37,649 bases of DNA from positions 1 through 37,649 of the forward strand of contig JBMFNR010000006.1 in the NCBI GenBank assembly GCA_049970055.1. Direction: 5' to 3'. Each line of letters starts with the position of its first letter. Positions within the stretch are counted from its first letter, which is position 1. The stretch is from Fervidobacterium sp. (GTDB taxonomy: Bacteria > Thermotogota > Thermotogae > Thermotogales > Fervidobacteriaceae). Both the position numbers and the translations under genes were made by a program. Positions 19,034-27,774 of this stretch are shown in pieces. The notes beneath the pieces were generated by a model that saw only the letters and a program-made list of their open reading frames with translations, ran no database searches and was not told the DNA's origin.

Positions 19034-20313
19034 GCGTTGAAAATATGTACAAAGAGAAGGTTGTTGATATAGAGTTTGTTTTATCAATTCTTCAAGACAA
19101 TTGGACAATAGTTGTTGGAATGACACCAATGGAACCAAAAGTATTTCAAAGGAATTTACATAGAACTAAAGCGAAAAACTTGGAGATCTTCACTTGTCTG
19201 AACACTGAACCGTACGAGTACTGTAGTAACCCGGATTATTTCGATAAGTTTTACAACTATTCTTGGTTTTTTGGACCATACAATAGAAAATTATCGAAAA
19301 ATACATTCTACGTTCCCAACAACCTCCACCAATCTGCAGTGAATCTTATTGAAACAACTAAAATAGATGTTTTTGTTGGGGTTGCATCTCCAATGGATTC
19401 AAAAGGTTTTTTCACCTTATCCGCAAGCGTTGTTTATGAAAAAGACATCCTTGAACATGCAGATATAGTGATTTTAGAGGTTAATCCAAATGCTCCAAGA
19501 ACCCACGGCGACACACAAGTTCATATCCGCGATGTTGACTATATTTTGGAAGTTGACTATGAACTACCACAAGCCGAATTACTTGAACCAAACGATTTAG
19601 AGAAGAAAATTGCGGAAAACATTGTTGAATTGATAGAAGATGGTTCGACGATACAATTAGGCATCGGTGGCATACCGAACGCAGTTGCAAAATTTTTGAA
19701 GGAGAAGAAAGATTTAGGTGTACATACGGAGATGTTTACTGTAAGCATGATTGATTTGTTCGAAGCCGGTGCAATTACGAATAAGAGGAAGACTCTGTGG
19801 AATGGAAAATTTGTGTGTGCATTTGCGTATGGTTCAGATCGTATGTATAGATTTCTTGATGACAATCCAGCCGTGCTATTTCTGCGAGGTAAATATGTGA
19901 ACGATCCATACGTAATTGCCCAGAATGAAAAGATGGTAAGTATTAACACAGCGCTTATGGTCGATTTAACTGGAAATGTTTGTTCTGAAGCATTGGGTTT
20001 AACACACTATAGTGGTACGGGTGGACAGCTCGACACACATAGGGGCGCAGTAAAAAGTAAAGGAGGAAAAGGCATCATTGCAATACGCTCTACGGCAAAG
20101 GAAGGTACTGTTTCAACGATAGTTCCCATTTTACCGCAAGGTTCCCCTATAACTGTACCAAGGCAAGAACTTGATTACATCGTTACAGAATGGGGTTCAG
20201 TGAGGTTAAGAGGTCTCCCAACAAGAAAACGAGCCGAGGCACTAATATCAATAGCACATCCCGATTTTAGAGAAGATTTAAGAAGAGAAGCCAAAAAAAT
20301 TGGATTGCTGTAA
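19030..20313 (+). CDS. Acetyl-CoA hydrolase/transferase family protein (4-hydroxybutyrate CoA-transferase-like)
   Basis: ILEVNPNAPRTHGD, QLGIGGIPNAV, GVHTEM (catalytic Glu), SGTGGQLD and LISIAHPDFR. ATG at 19030 follows GGAGGT. Confidence 0.9.
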   Translation: MSVENMYKEKVVDIEFVLSILQDNWTIVVGMTPMEPKVFQRNLHRTKAKNLEIFTCLNTEPYEYCSNPDYFDKFYNYSWFFGPYNRKLSKNTFYVPNNLHQSAVNLIETTKIDVFVGVASPMDSKGFFTLSASVVYEKDILEHADIVILEVNPNAPRTHGDTQVHIRDVDYILEVDYELPQAELLEPNDLEKKIAENIVELIEDGSTIQLGIGGIPNAVAKFLKEKKDLGVHTEMFTVSMIDLFEAGAITNKRKTLWNGKFVCAFAYGSDRMYRFLDDNPAVLFLRGKYVNDPYVIAQNEKMVSINTALMVDLTGNVCSEALGLTHYSGTGGQLDTHRGAVKSKGGKGIIAIRSTAKEGTVSTIVPILPQGSPITVPRQELDYIVTEWGSVRLRGLPTRKRAEALISIAHPDFREDLRREAKKIGLL

Positions 20314-20361
20314 TTATTAAGTTAATCTTTTTGCAAAATCACTTTACAAGGAGGTGTTTGT

Positions 20362-21522
20362 ATGAGAAGGTTTGTTAGTATTGTGATTTTTATGGGATTA
20401 CTTGTAAGCGTTTTCGCGGAGGTTGGCGTATATAGCGACAAGGTGGTTATCGGTACCTTCCAAGCTCTTTCAGGACCTTACGCAATTATCGGTCAAGAAA
20501 TGACAAAAGGTATGAAAGCTTACTTTAATTGGATTAATAGCCGTGGTGGAATTTACGGAAGGAGAATCGAACTTTTAGTCGCTGATGATCAACTTAACCC
20601 CGCCAAGACTGTGGTTGAAGTTAAGAGACTTGTTGAGCAAGACAAGGTTTTCGCTATAGTTGGAGGACTTGGTACATACGGATGTTTAGCTGTTATGGAT
20701 TACCTTGAACAGAACAAAGTGCCCTTTGTTTATCAAGGTGCAGGGACATCTAAACTTGTTATTCCTCCAAAAAGATACATATTTGGAGTTCAACCAGATT
20801 ATACGCTTGAAGGTGCGTTGATTGCAAAGTATGTTGGCGAAATAGCTAAATTCAAATCTCCGGCAATTGTCTACATGAACAATGATATCGGTTTGGAAGG
20901 ATACACAGCATTCAAAGAAAAATTGAAAGATTACGAAATGTCACCAAGTGCTGAAATTTCTTACAATCCAGCTGATACAGACTACAGTGGGCAAGTTGTC
21001 AAGCTTGTTGAAAAGAATCCTGATGTTATCGTCATCTATGGACTTATAACAGATACAATCAGATGGATAAAAACAATAAGGGATTATGGTTTGAATAGCA
21101 AGATTATAACAATTTACCCGAACGCAGACCCATCATTTATAAACCTTGCCGGAAAGTACTCGGAAGGAGTCATTTTTACAGGTTGGGTTCCACTTGCAAC
21201 CCCAGACAGGCCTGATTTTGTCAGAGATTATCAAAGAGCAATTTCCATATTCCAACAAACATATCCGAAAGAAATTCCATCATCATACGCTGTTGCAGGT
21301 TTCATAGCCGCTGAAGTTTTTACAGAAGGTCTTGTCAGAGCTGGTAAGGATCTTACGAGGGAAAAGCTTGTTAAAGCACTTGAAAGTTTTAAGAATTGGA
21401 ATGGAATACTTGCAAAAGATATTACCTGGGGTTCAAATCTTAGACGTGGTAAATCTTCTATGTACTTTATGGTTGTAAAGAATAAACAGTTCGTACCACT
21501 TACGGATTTAATAAGACCATAG
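20362..21522 (+). CDS. Liv/HAAT-family ABC transporter substrate-binding protein
   Basis: Signal peptide, ALSGPYA, INSRGGIYGRRIEL..DDQ and LVEQDKVFAIVG. Confidence 0.9.
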   Translation: MRRFVSIVIFMGLLVSVFAEVGVYSDKVVIGTFQALSGPYAIIGQEMTKGMKAYFNWINSRGGIYGRRIELLVADDQLNPAKTVVEVKRLVEQDKVFAIVGGLGTYGCLAVMDYLEQNKVPFVYQGAGTSKLVIPPKRYIFGVQPDYTLEGALIAKYVGEIAKFKSPAIVYMNNDIGLEGYTAFKEKLKDYEMSPSAEISYNPADTDYSGQVVKLVEKNPDVIVIYGLITDTIRWIKTIRDYGLNSKIITIYPNADPSFINLAGKYSEGVIFTGWVPLATPDRPDFVRDYQRAISIFQQTYPKEIPSSYAVAGFIAAEVFTEGLVRAGKDLTREKLVKALESFKNWNGILAKDITWGSNLRRGKSSMYFMVVKNKQFVPLTDLIRP

Positions 21523-21538
21523 TCAGAAAAATCATTCA

Positions 21539-21567
21539 AACGGTTGACGGTCAGACCGTCAACCGTT
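21539..21567. repeat. Perfect 14-bp inverted repeat between the SBP and ATPase genes (likely mRNA-stabilising or attenuating hairpin)
   Basis: AACGGTTGACGGTC-A-GACCGTCAACCGTT, with no long U tract. Confidence 0.75.
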
Positions 21568-21606
21568 ATCTCTATTTCGTCATTTATTAATAAGGGGGGT
21601 GATTTA

Positions 21607-22383
21607 ATGCTAAGACTTGAAAATATCACCGTTCGATTTTCGGGAATTATCGCGGTTGATAAACTTGATATGGTGGTTGAGCGAGGTACTATACATTCTC
21701 TAATAGGTCCAAACGGAGCAGGAAAGACAACCGTTTTTAACGCCATTTCTGGACTTGTAAAGCATGAAGGAAGCATAATACTAGATGGTAAGGATATCAC
21801 TGAGGTACCAGTACACAAGCGTGTAAAATTCGGACTAGGTAGAAGTTTTCAGAATGTTATTATTTACAAATACTTAACTGTTCTTCAAAATCTTGTACTT
21901 GGTTATCATTCTCACCTTAATTATTCACACTTCGATGAACTTATTTTAACAAGTAAGTTCAACTGCTATGAGAAAAAAGCTTTGTTAAAGGCGATAGATG
22001 TAGCGGATGTTTTAGGTATTAAAAGTATACTTGGTGTCTATGCAGGGACCCTTCCATACGGATACCAAAAATTAATAGATGTTGGAAGAGCATTGATGAG
22101 CGAGCCAAAAATACTCCTTCTTGACGAGCCTGCAGCGGGGCTTACCGAGAAGGAATCAGATATTTTCAAAGAAAAGATTATTCGTGTTAAAAATTCTGGA
22201 GTCACTGTACTTTTGATAGAACATGATATGCGAATGGTTATGGATATATCAGATAATATCACTGTGTTGAATTTTGGTAAGAAAATTGCCGAAGGTAAAC
22301 CAGAAGAAATAATCAACAATGAAGAAGTAATAAAAGCATACCTTGGCAGTGGAAGTACAAACGAGGTGAGTACTAATGAATGA
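21607..22383 (+). CDS. livG: Liv-type ABC transporter ATP-binding protein (LivG-like)
   Basis: GPNGAGKTT, RSFQ, LPYG, LLLDEPAAG and IEHDM. ATG at 21607 follows GGGGGTG. Confidence 0.9.
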   Translation: MLRLENITVRFSGIIAVDKLDMVVERGTIHSLIGPNGAGKTTVFNAISGLVKHEGSIILDGKDITEVPVHKRVKFGLGRSFQNVIIYKYLTVLQNLVLGYHSHLNYSHFDELILTSKFNCYEKKALLKAIDVADVLGIKSILGVYAGTLPYGYQKLIDVGRALMSEPKILLLDEPAAGLTEKESDIFKEKIIRVKNSGVTVLLIEHDMRMVMDISDNITVLNFGKKIAEGKPEEIINNEEVIKAYLGSGSTNEVSTNE

Positions 22384-23107
22384 ATCAGCTAAGTTTCTTG
22401 ATTTAGAAGTAAAAAATTTAAGTGTTTTTTATGGACCAGTTCATGCTGTTAAGGGTATTACCATGAGATTTAAAGCGGGAAGTATCACGGCAATTGTTGG
22501 CGCGAATGGTGCAGGAAAAACTTCTACGCTCAAGGCTATAGCGGGTAGTGTAAGCTCATCTGGTACTATACTGCTAGATAATGAAATAATTAATCATTTA
22601 CCGGTTCATGAGCGTGTTAGAAAAGGTATAGTTCTTTGCCCGGAAGGTCGTGGAATTTTTAATTCGCTTACTGTTAAAGAAAATCTTCTTGTCGGGGCAT
22701 ACTTGAATAAAAGACCTGACTTTGAATTTATTTTTTCTATGTTCCCATTTTTGAGAGAGAGACTTAACCAAGTCGCCGGAACACTTTCTGGTGGTGAGCA
22801 GCAGATGCTTGCTATAGCAAGGTCGTTGCTGTCTAATCCAAAGTATCTATTACTCGATGAACCTTCACTTGGTCTTGCTCCGATAATAATAGAAAAAATT
22901 GCTGAGATAATTAAAATAATCAATTCTAAAGGTATCACAGTTATCTTAGTTGAGCAAAATACTTCCGTTGCGCTGAATATAGCTCAGTACGGATATGTAC
23001 TTGAAAACGGGCGGGTAGCATTGGAGGGTGAAGCTAAAGTGCTACTTGGTAACAATATGGTTCGTGAAAAGTATCTTGGGGGTGCAAAGAAATGGTTAAT
23101 CAGATAG
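22376..23107 (+). CDS. livF: Liv-type ABC transporter ATP-binding protein (LivF-like)
   Basis: GANGAGKTS, PEGRGIF, LSGGEQQMLA, LDEPSLGLAP and VEQN. Confidence 0.9.
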   Translation: MNESAKFLDLEVKNLSVFYGPVHAVKGITMRFKAGSITAIVGANGAGKTSTLKAIAGSVSSSGTILLDNEIINHLPVHERVRKGIVLCPEGRGIFNSLTVKENLLVGAYLNKRPDFEFIFSMFPFLRERLNQVAGTLSGGEQQMLAIARSLLSNPKYLLLDEPSLGLAPIIIEKIAEIIKIINSKGITVILVEQNTSVALNIAQYGYVLENGRVALEGEAKVLLGNNMVREKYLGGAKKWLIR

Positions 23108-23970
23108 TACTTGGTCTTTCAACAGGTGCTATGTATTCGCTTGTAGCTATTGGACTGGTGATGATGTACAAAGTTAGTGGAGTTATGAACTTTGCCTATG
23201 GAAATATGGGAATGTTTGTAACCTATGTCATTTGGTGGTTTACAAGCACTTTAGGTCTTAATGTTTACGTTTCAATAGTGATTGGAATAATTCTTGCCGC
23301 GCTTATGGGACTATTCGTTGAAAGATACAGTTTAAGACCGATAAGGCACCTTTCACATGGTTCTATGCTAATTGTCACATTTGGACTTTTGATGATACTT
23401 GAAGGTTTAGCAGTGCAGATATGGGGAACAGAGTACAAAGCGTTCCCTGAACTCGTAACAGGTACACCATATGTTATTAAAGGAGATTTTGGAATAGTTG
23501 TATTTCGTCGCCAAGATTTATTGGTTTTCAGCATTTTGATAATGATTTCTTTTGCCATCATGCTTTTCACAAAGTTTACTAAATTTGGCATAGCGGTCCG
23601 TGCTGTTTCAGAAAATGAGGAAGTTGCAGGTTTTATGGGTATAAATGTAGGGAAGATACTGGGTTTTTCTTGGGCATTTGGTGTTTCGATGGCAGCCCTT
23701 GTGGGTGTAATAGCAGCACCAAAGGTGTTTGTTTCACCTACAATGTTGACATATCACCAAATTCAAGGTTTCACAGCGGCTGTTCTCGGTGGATTCGAAA
23801 CATTCACTGGTGCAGTTTTTGGAGGTTTAATACTTGGTGTTATTGAAAAAATAGTAGGTAACTATATTTCAGAGGGCTTTAAAGCAACTGTCTCACTCGC
23901 TATTATAATCATAGTGCTCGTGTTCTTCCCAAGGGGACTTTTCGGAAAGAACGTAAGGAGGAGAGTATAA
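23092..23970 (+). CDS. livH: Liv-type ABC transporter permease (LivH-like)
   Basis: YSLVAIGL...NFAYG, TKFGIAVRAVSEN, AAVLGG and PRGLFG. Confidence 0.9.
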   Translation: MVNQIVLGLSTGAMYSLVAIGLVMMYKVSGVMNFAYGNMGMFVTYVIWWFTSTLGLNVYVSIVIGIILAALMGLFVERYSLRPIRHLSHGSMLIVTFGLLMILEGLAVQIWGTEYKAFPELVTGTPYVIKGDFGIVVFRRQDLLVFSILIMISFAIMLFTKFTKFGIAVRAVSENEEVAGFMGINVGKILGFSWAFGVSMAALVGVIAAPKVFVSPTMLTYHQIQGFTAAVLGGFETFTGAVFGGLILGVIEKIVGNYISEGFKATVSLAIIIIVLVFFPRGLFGKNVRRRV

Positions 23971-25658
23971 TGATCTGGATCATACTCGCATTCATACCAT
24001 TCTTACTTTTGAAAAGTTCTTTTATCATTACGATCTTAAGCCTTGTAGGTATATACGCTATAGCCTCCTTGGGATTGAATATTATTATGGGTTATTCTGG
24101 TCAGATTTCTATTGGTCATGCCGCCTTTATGAGTATTGGTGCGTATGTCTCTACGTTATTGGTAATGCACTATAATATACCGATAGTGTTTGGAATTATG
24201 ATAGGCGGGATTGCTGCGTTTATCTTGGGCTTACTTATCGGATTTCCGGCACTTAGGCTTTCTGGTTTTTACCTTGCCATTGCAACGATGGGTTTTGTTG
24301 TTGCTGTAGAACAGTTATTTAGTACTCTTGAAAATGTAACTGGTGGACACGCTGGTATAAGAGGTATACCATTCCCATATTTGTTGAATTCTGATATTGA
24401 GAAATACCTTCTTGTGCTTTCCTTTGCTTTTGTAACATACATCGTCTCAGAAAGGTTCATAAAATCGAAGACAGGCATGGCATGGATGGCGGTTAGAGAA
24501 AATGAGGTTGCAGCGTCTGTTGTAGGTATAAATGTAGCAAGGTACAAAATTTTTGCTTTCGCCGTAGGATCTATGTTCGCAGGCATAGCGGGTGCTCTTT
24601 ACGCTCATGTTATTGGTTACATAGCGCCGAGCGATTTTGGAATTGCGAAATCACTGGATTTACTTGCAATTTCTGTGATTGGTGGTATGGCTTCGCTTGA
24701 CGGACCTTACTATGGCTCTGTTATATACATCGCATTACCTTTCTTATTTAGTCGAACACACGTTTCTATGTCGATTATTTTTGGCTCGATTCTTATTTTC
24801 GTAGTCTTATTCATGCCACTTGGTGCAAGTTATTACTTACAGAGATTAAAAGTTGTGTACCTGAATAGGGTAGTGGCTTTTCTTAAACGTTCAAGACACC
24901 CGTTTGGAGAATTTGTTGAAACAAAGATGGGTAGAATTCACTATATAAAAAAAGGTAATGGAAACAAAAATGTGCTGCTCATACACGGTAACTTTGTTTC
25001 ATCACGCTTTTTCGAGCCATTTTTAGAAAAATTGCCGCCAGAATTTACGGCCTATGCCCTTGATTTACCTAACTTTGGTTTTTCTGACGAACTCAACGCG
25101 GAAGTTACCATAGAAAATTACGCAAAAGCAGTTGAGGCATTTGTTGAGAAAATAAATATAAAAAGTTTTCTTTTGCTCGGTCATTCACTTGGTGGAGCAG
25201 TTGCAATGGCTTTCGCTATAAATAATCAAGAGAATATAGAAAAAATTATCTTAGTTAGTCCAGCACCAGTTAACGGTATGTACATGCCCGATGAAGGTTA
25301 TAAAATATTAAGACTGTATCGCTACAATCCCGACATGATCAAAAGGGCATTAATGTTCAATGCGCCTACGTATGATAATGAGAGGTTTTTTAACAAAATC
25401 ACGGGTGATGCCCTTAGAATGGCTAAAAAAGCATTTGAAGGGAATGCAAAGGCATTATCGTCATACAATTTTATTGAACAAGTGAAAAACGTAAAAGTAC
25501 CAGTCACAGTTATTTATGGTGATAAAGACGTAATTCTGACTCTTGAACAGATGGAACTTACTGCCTCAGCATTTCCAAATGGCAAGTTGGTTGTGTTAAG
25601 AGGTATCGGTCATAGCCCTGTCGTGGAATCCATAGATGAAGTAATTCGGCATTTATGA
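23970..25658 (+). CDS. LivM-like permease fused to a C-terminal alpha/beta-hydrolase
   Basis: About the first 290 aa are LivM-like (GYSGQISIGHAAF, LRLSGFYLAIAT, AVRENEVAA, VIGG). The C-terminal ~250 aa carry HGN, LDLPNFG, GHSLGG (nucleophile Ser), YGDKD and GHSP. Single uninterrupted frame. Confidence 0.88.
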   Translation: MIWIILAFIPFLLLKSSFIITILSLVGIYAIASLGLNIIMGYSGQISIGHAAFMSIGAYVSTLLVMHYNIPIVFGIMIGGIAAFILGLLIGFPALRLSGFYLAIATMGFVVAVEQLFSTLENVTGGHAGIRGIPFPYLLNSDIEKYLLVLSFAFVTYIVSERFIKSKTGMAWMAVRENEVAASVVGINVARYKIFAFAVGSMFAGIAGALYAHVIGYIAPSDFGIAKSLDLLAISVIGGMASLDGPYYGSVIYIALPFLFSRTHVSMSIIFGSILIFVVLFMPLGASYYLQRLKVVYLNRVVAFLKRSRHPFGEFVETKMGRIHYIKKGNGNKNVLLIHGNFVSSRFFEPFLEKLPPEFTAYALDLPNFGFSDELNAEVTIENYAKAVEAFVEKINIKSFLLLGHSLGGAVAMAFAINNQENIEKIILVSPAPVNGMYMPDEGYKILRLYRYNPDMIKRALMFNAPTYDNERFFNKITGDALRMAKKAFEGNAKALSSYNFIEQVKNVKVPVTVIYGDKDVILTLEQMELTASAFPNGKLVVLRGIGHSPVVESIDEVIRHL

Positions 25659-25660
25659 AT

Positions 25661-25698
25661 AAACAAAAATCGGTGCGACTTTGCACCGATTTTTGTTT
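25661..25698. terminator. Bidirectional intrinsic terminator
   Basis: AAACAAAAATCGGTGC-GACTTT-GCACCGATTTTTGTTT between convergent genes. Confidence 0.88.
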
Positions 25699-25710
25699 CA
25701 TTAAATGACA

Positions 25711-26883
25711 TCAATTATTATTGAGTTCATTTAGCTTGTTAACTATATGTGCTGTTGCACGCACATCGTCCTCGTTGTATATTAATATTTCCTTCAAGAC
25801 AGCCTTATTTTTTGTTGCAAGGTATTCTCTGTAGTAGTTGATAACCGCAAGTCCATTTAAAGCTGTTCGCCAGTTGAATCCAAAGAATCTGGCTATGCTT
25901 TTGAGCGAGTACGAAGGTATAGGTAAAGCAATATGGTTTGAGTAAATTTTATACACATCAACAAACCTCGAAAGTAAATCCTTTGAAACTGGTATGTTGT
26001 ATTTTCTTGAGAGCTTTTTGAAGCGATTGATTTCGTAATTGTGAAAATGGTAAATTAGTTTCTGACGTTTTTCAAGGTACTTTACAACATTCTCAAATAT
26101 ATACTTTTCTTTAGTGGGATTGTTAGCTAAAAATGGGATATACCTCTCGTTCTCAAGTATCCCGAATAGGTAATCAAAGTCAAAAGGTGTGTAGCTTTCA
26201 ATATCTAAGTATATTCCATCGTGTAATTTTTCATAAGCTTTGAAAACGATGGGCCTATTTTCAATGATACTTTGAGCGTGGTATATCATTCTCATTGCCT
26301 TTTCTTCACCAAATTCTTTTTTTATTTCCGAAACTCTTGCAATAAGTTCTTTTAATGACGTAATACCCATGTTTGTCAACTTCTCGAGTGTTCTTCCTTT
26401 TACGCCATGTAAAAAAGCGAAACTGTCGATATTTACACTTCCATGAAAACAATGATCTGAGTACTTGCAAAACCTGCAAAGATGGGTTTTGGATATCTTA
26501 AATTCACTTTCTTCACAGAAATAAGATATAAGTGACAACATTTTAGTTACGTATGGTCTCCAATTCACAGAAACGCTGTAGTGCGGACTTTCAAAGACGA
26601 TATCCTTTACTTGTACGCCATTACTTTCCAGCACGTAACCTATTAACGCTCCTTCAAGCATGTGGTATTCAGAGATTTTCCTTCCTGTTTTGTAAATCTT
26701 TACTACAAATGGATCACTTGAAAATACCTCATCTATTTTTATACCGAGGTAACATCCAAAAGCTTCCGTTGTGAATAGAAAATCTGATAGGCTTCTATTT
26801 TCACCTTGTATGTCTAGTTTCGCCTTTTTTGGGCAGAAATAAATCGTTTTAATGTCTTGATTAGATACGATCATAATCTTCAC
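25711..26883 (-). CDS. TM0106-family RecB-like/RNase H-like putative nuclease
   Basis: N-terminal CP, CRFCKYSDHC, helix-hairpin-helix-like GVKGRT..KL..MGI, YLDIE, SYSLKSIARFFGFNW and YNEDDV. The start may be ATG at 26874. Confidence 0.8.
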   Translation of the reverse strand: MKIMIVSNQDIKTIYFCPKKAKLDIQGENRSLSDFLFTTEAFGCYLGIKIDEVFSSDPFVVKIYKTGRKISEYHMLEGALIGYVLESNGVQVKDIVFESPHYSVSVNWRPYVTKMLSLISYFCEESEFKISKTHLCRFCKYSDHCFHGSVNIDSFAFLHGVKGRTLEKLTNMGITSLKELIARVSEIKKEFGEEKAMRMIYHAQSIIENRPIVFKAYEKLHDGIYLDIESYTPFDFDYLFGILENERYIPFLANNPTKEKYIFENVVKYLEKRQKLIYHFHNYEINRFKKLSRKYNIPVSKDLLSRFVDVYKIYSNHIALPIPSYSLKSIARFFGFNWRTALNGLAVINYYREYLATKNKAVLKEILIYNEDDVRATAHIVNKLNELNNN

Positions 26884-26894
26884 CTTTTTGGCTG

Positions 26895-27662
26895 TTAAAA
26901 GTATCTTACTAGTGTTTTTGAGAGAAATTTATCGGTAAAAATCCTTCTGACAAGATGGTAAGTCAATTTATTTCCGAAGCCTGGAATATACAATGGGCTA
27001 CCTTTTTCAAAAGCTTTCAAAGAACCTTCTACAACTTCATTTGGTTTCATTAAGCCCTTACCTGGGTTCATTCGCGCCCTTTCAAAAAACCTCGTTTCCG
27101 TTTTTCCAGGTGCAACGCACAAAACATGGACACCTTTATTTCTTAACTCCGCCCACAAACTCATCGAGAAGTTGTACACGTAAGCTTTTGTTGCACCATA
27201 AACTGAAAAGTGAGGTATCGGCATAAATCCAGCAACGGAAGCGATGTTTATTATCCCTCCGGATTTTTGTTCAGCAAATTTTTTTGCATAGTGATGAGAA
27301 AGTTTCGTAAGGACTTTTATGTTCAAATCTATGATATTTTCGTATTCTTGCCAGCCATGGTCAAGAAAATCGCCATACAAACCAAGACCAGCGTTGTTAA
27401 CAAGTAAGTCGATTTTAAAGTGAGAAAGATTTTCAAGCACATGGTCAAACTCTTTTGTTAAATCTGCCTGGATTATAACAACACTTGAACTTGAAATTTT
27501 GTGAATTTCATCAGCTACCTTTGTTAAGGCTTCTCCGTTTCTTCCTACAATTACAACATCTAAACCTTTCGATGCAAGTTGAAGTGCGAACTCTTTTCCA
27601 ATACCAGAAGAAGCGCCAGTTACAAGTGCCCATCTATAACTACTTAATTCGTATTTTATCAT
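26895..27662 (-). CDS. Short-chain dehydrogenase/reductase
   Basis: TGASSGIG, NNAG, IASVAG and YGATK. ATG at 27662 follows GGAGGT. Confidence 0.9.
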   Translation of the reverse strand: MIKYELSSYRWALVTGASSGIGKEFALQLASKGLDVVIVGRNGEALTKVADEIHKISSSSVVIIQADLTKEFDHVLENLSHFKIDLLVNNAGLGLYGDFLDHGWQEYENIIDLNIKVLTKLSHHYAKKFAEQKSGGIINIASVAGFMPIPHFSVYGATKAYVYNFSMSLWAELRNKGVHVLCVAPGKTETRFFERARMNPGKGLMKPNEVVEGSLKAFEKGSPLYIPGFGNKLTYHLVRRIFTDKFLSKTLVRYF

Positions 27663-27774
27663 CTTTGTTACCTCCTTAAACTTCAAGTGTATTTAACCTT
27701 TACTTTTAATTATACAACAGATGTGGTAAAATTTAAATCGGTATTATATAACATTATTATTTAACATTGGCGAG

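Noticed and set aside
21231..24586. Minus-strand ORFs of 93-195 aa opposite the ABC genes
   Set aside because: Typical antisense shadows of conserved ABC coding sequence (e.g. VVFPAPFGP mirrors Walker A).
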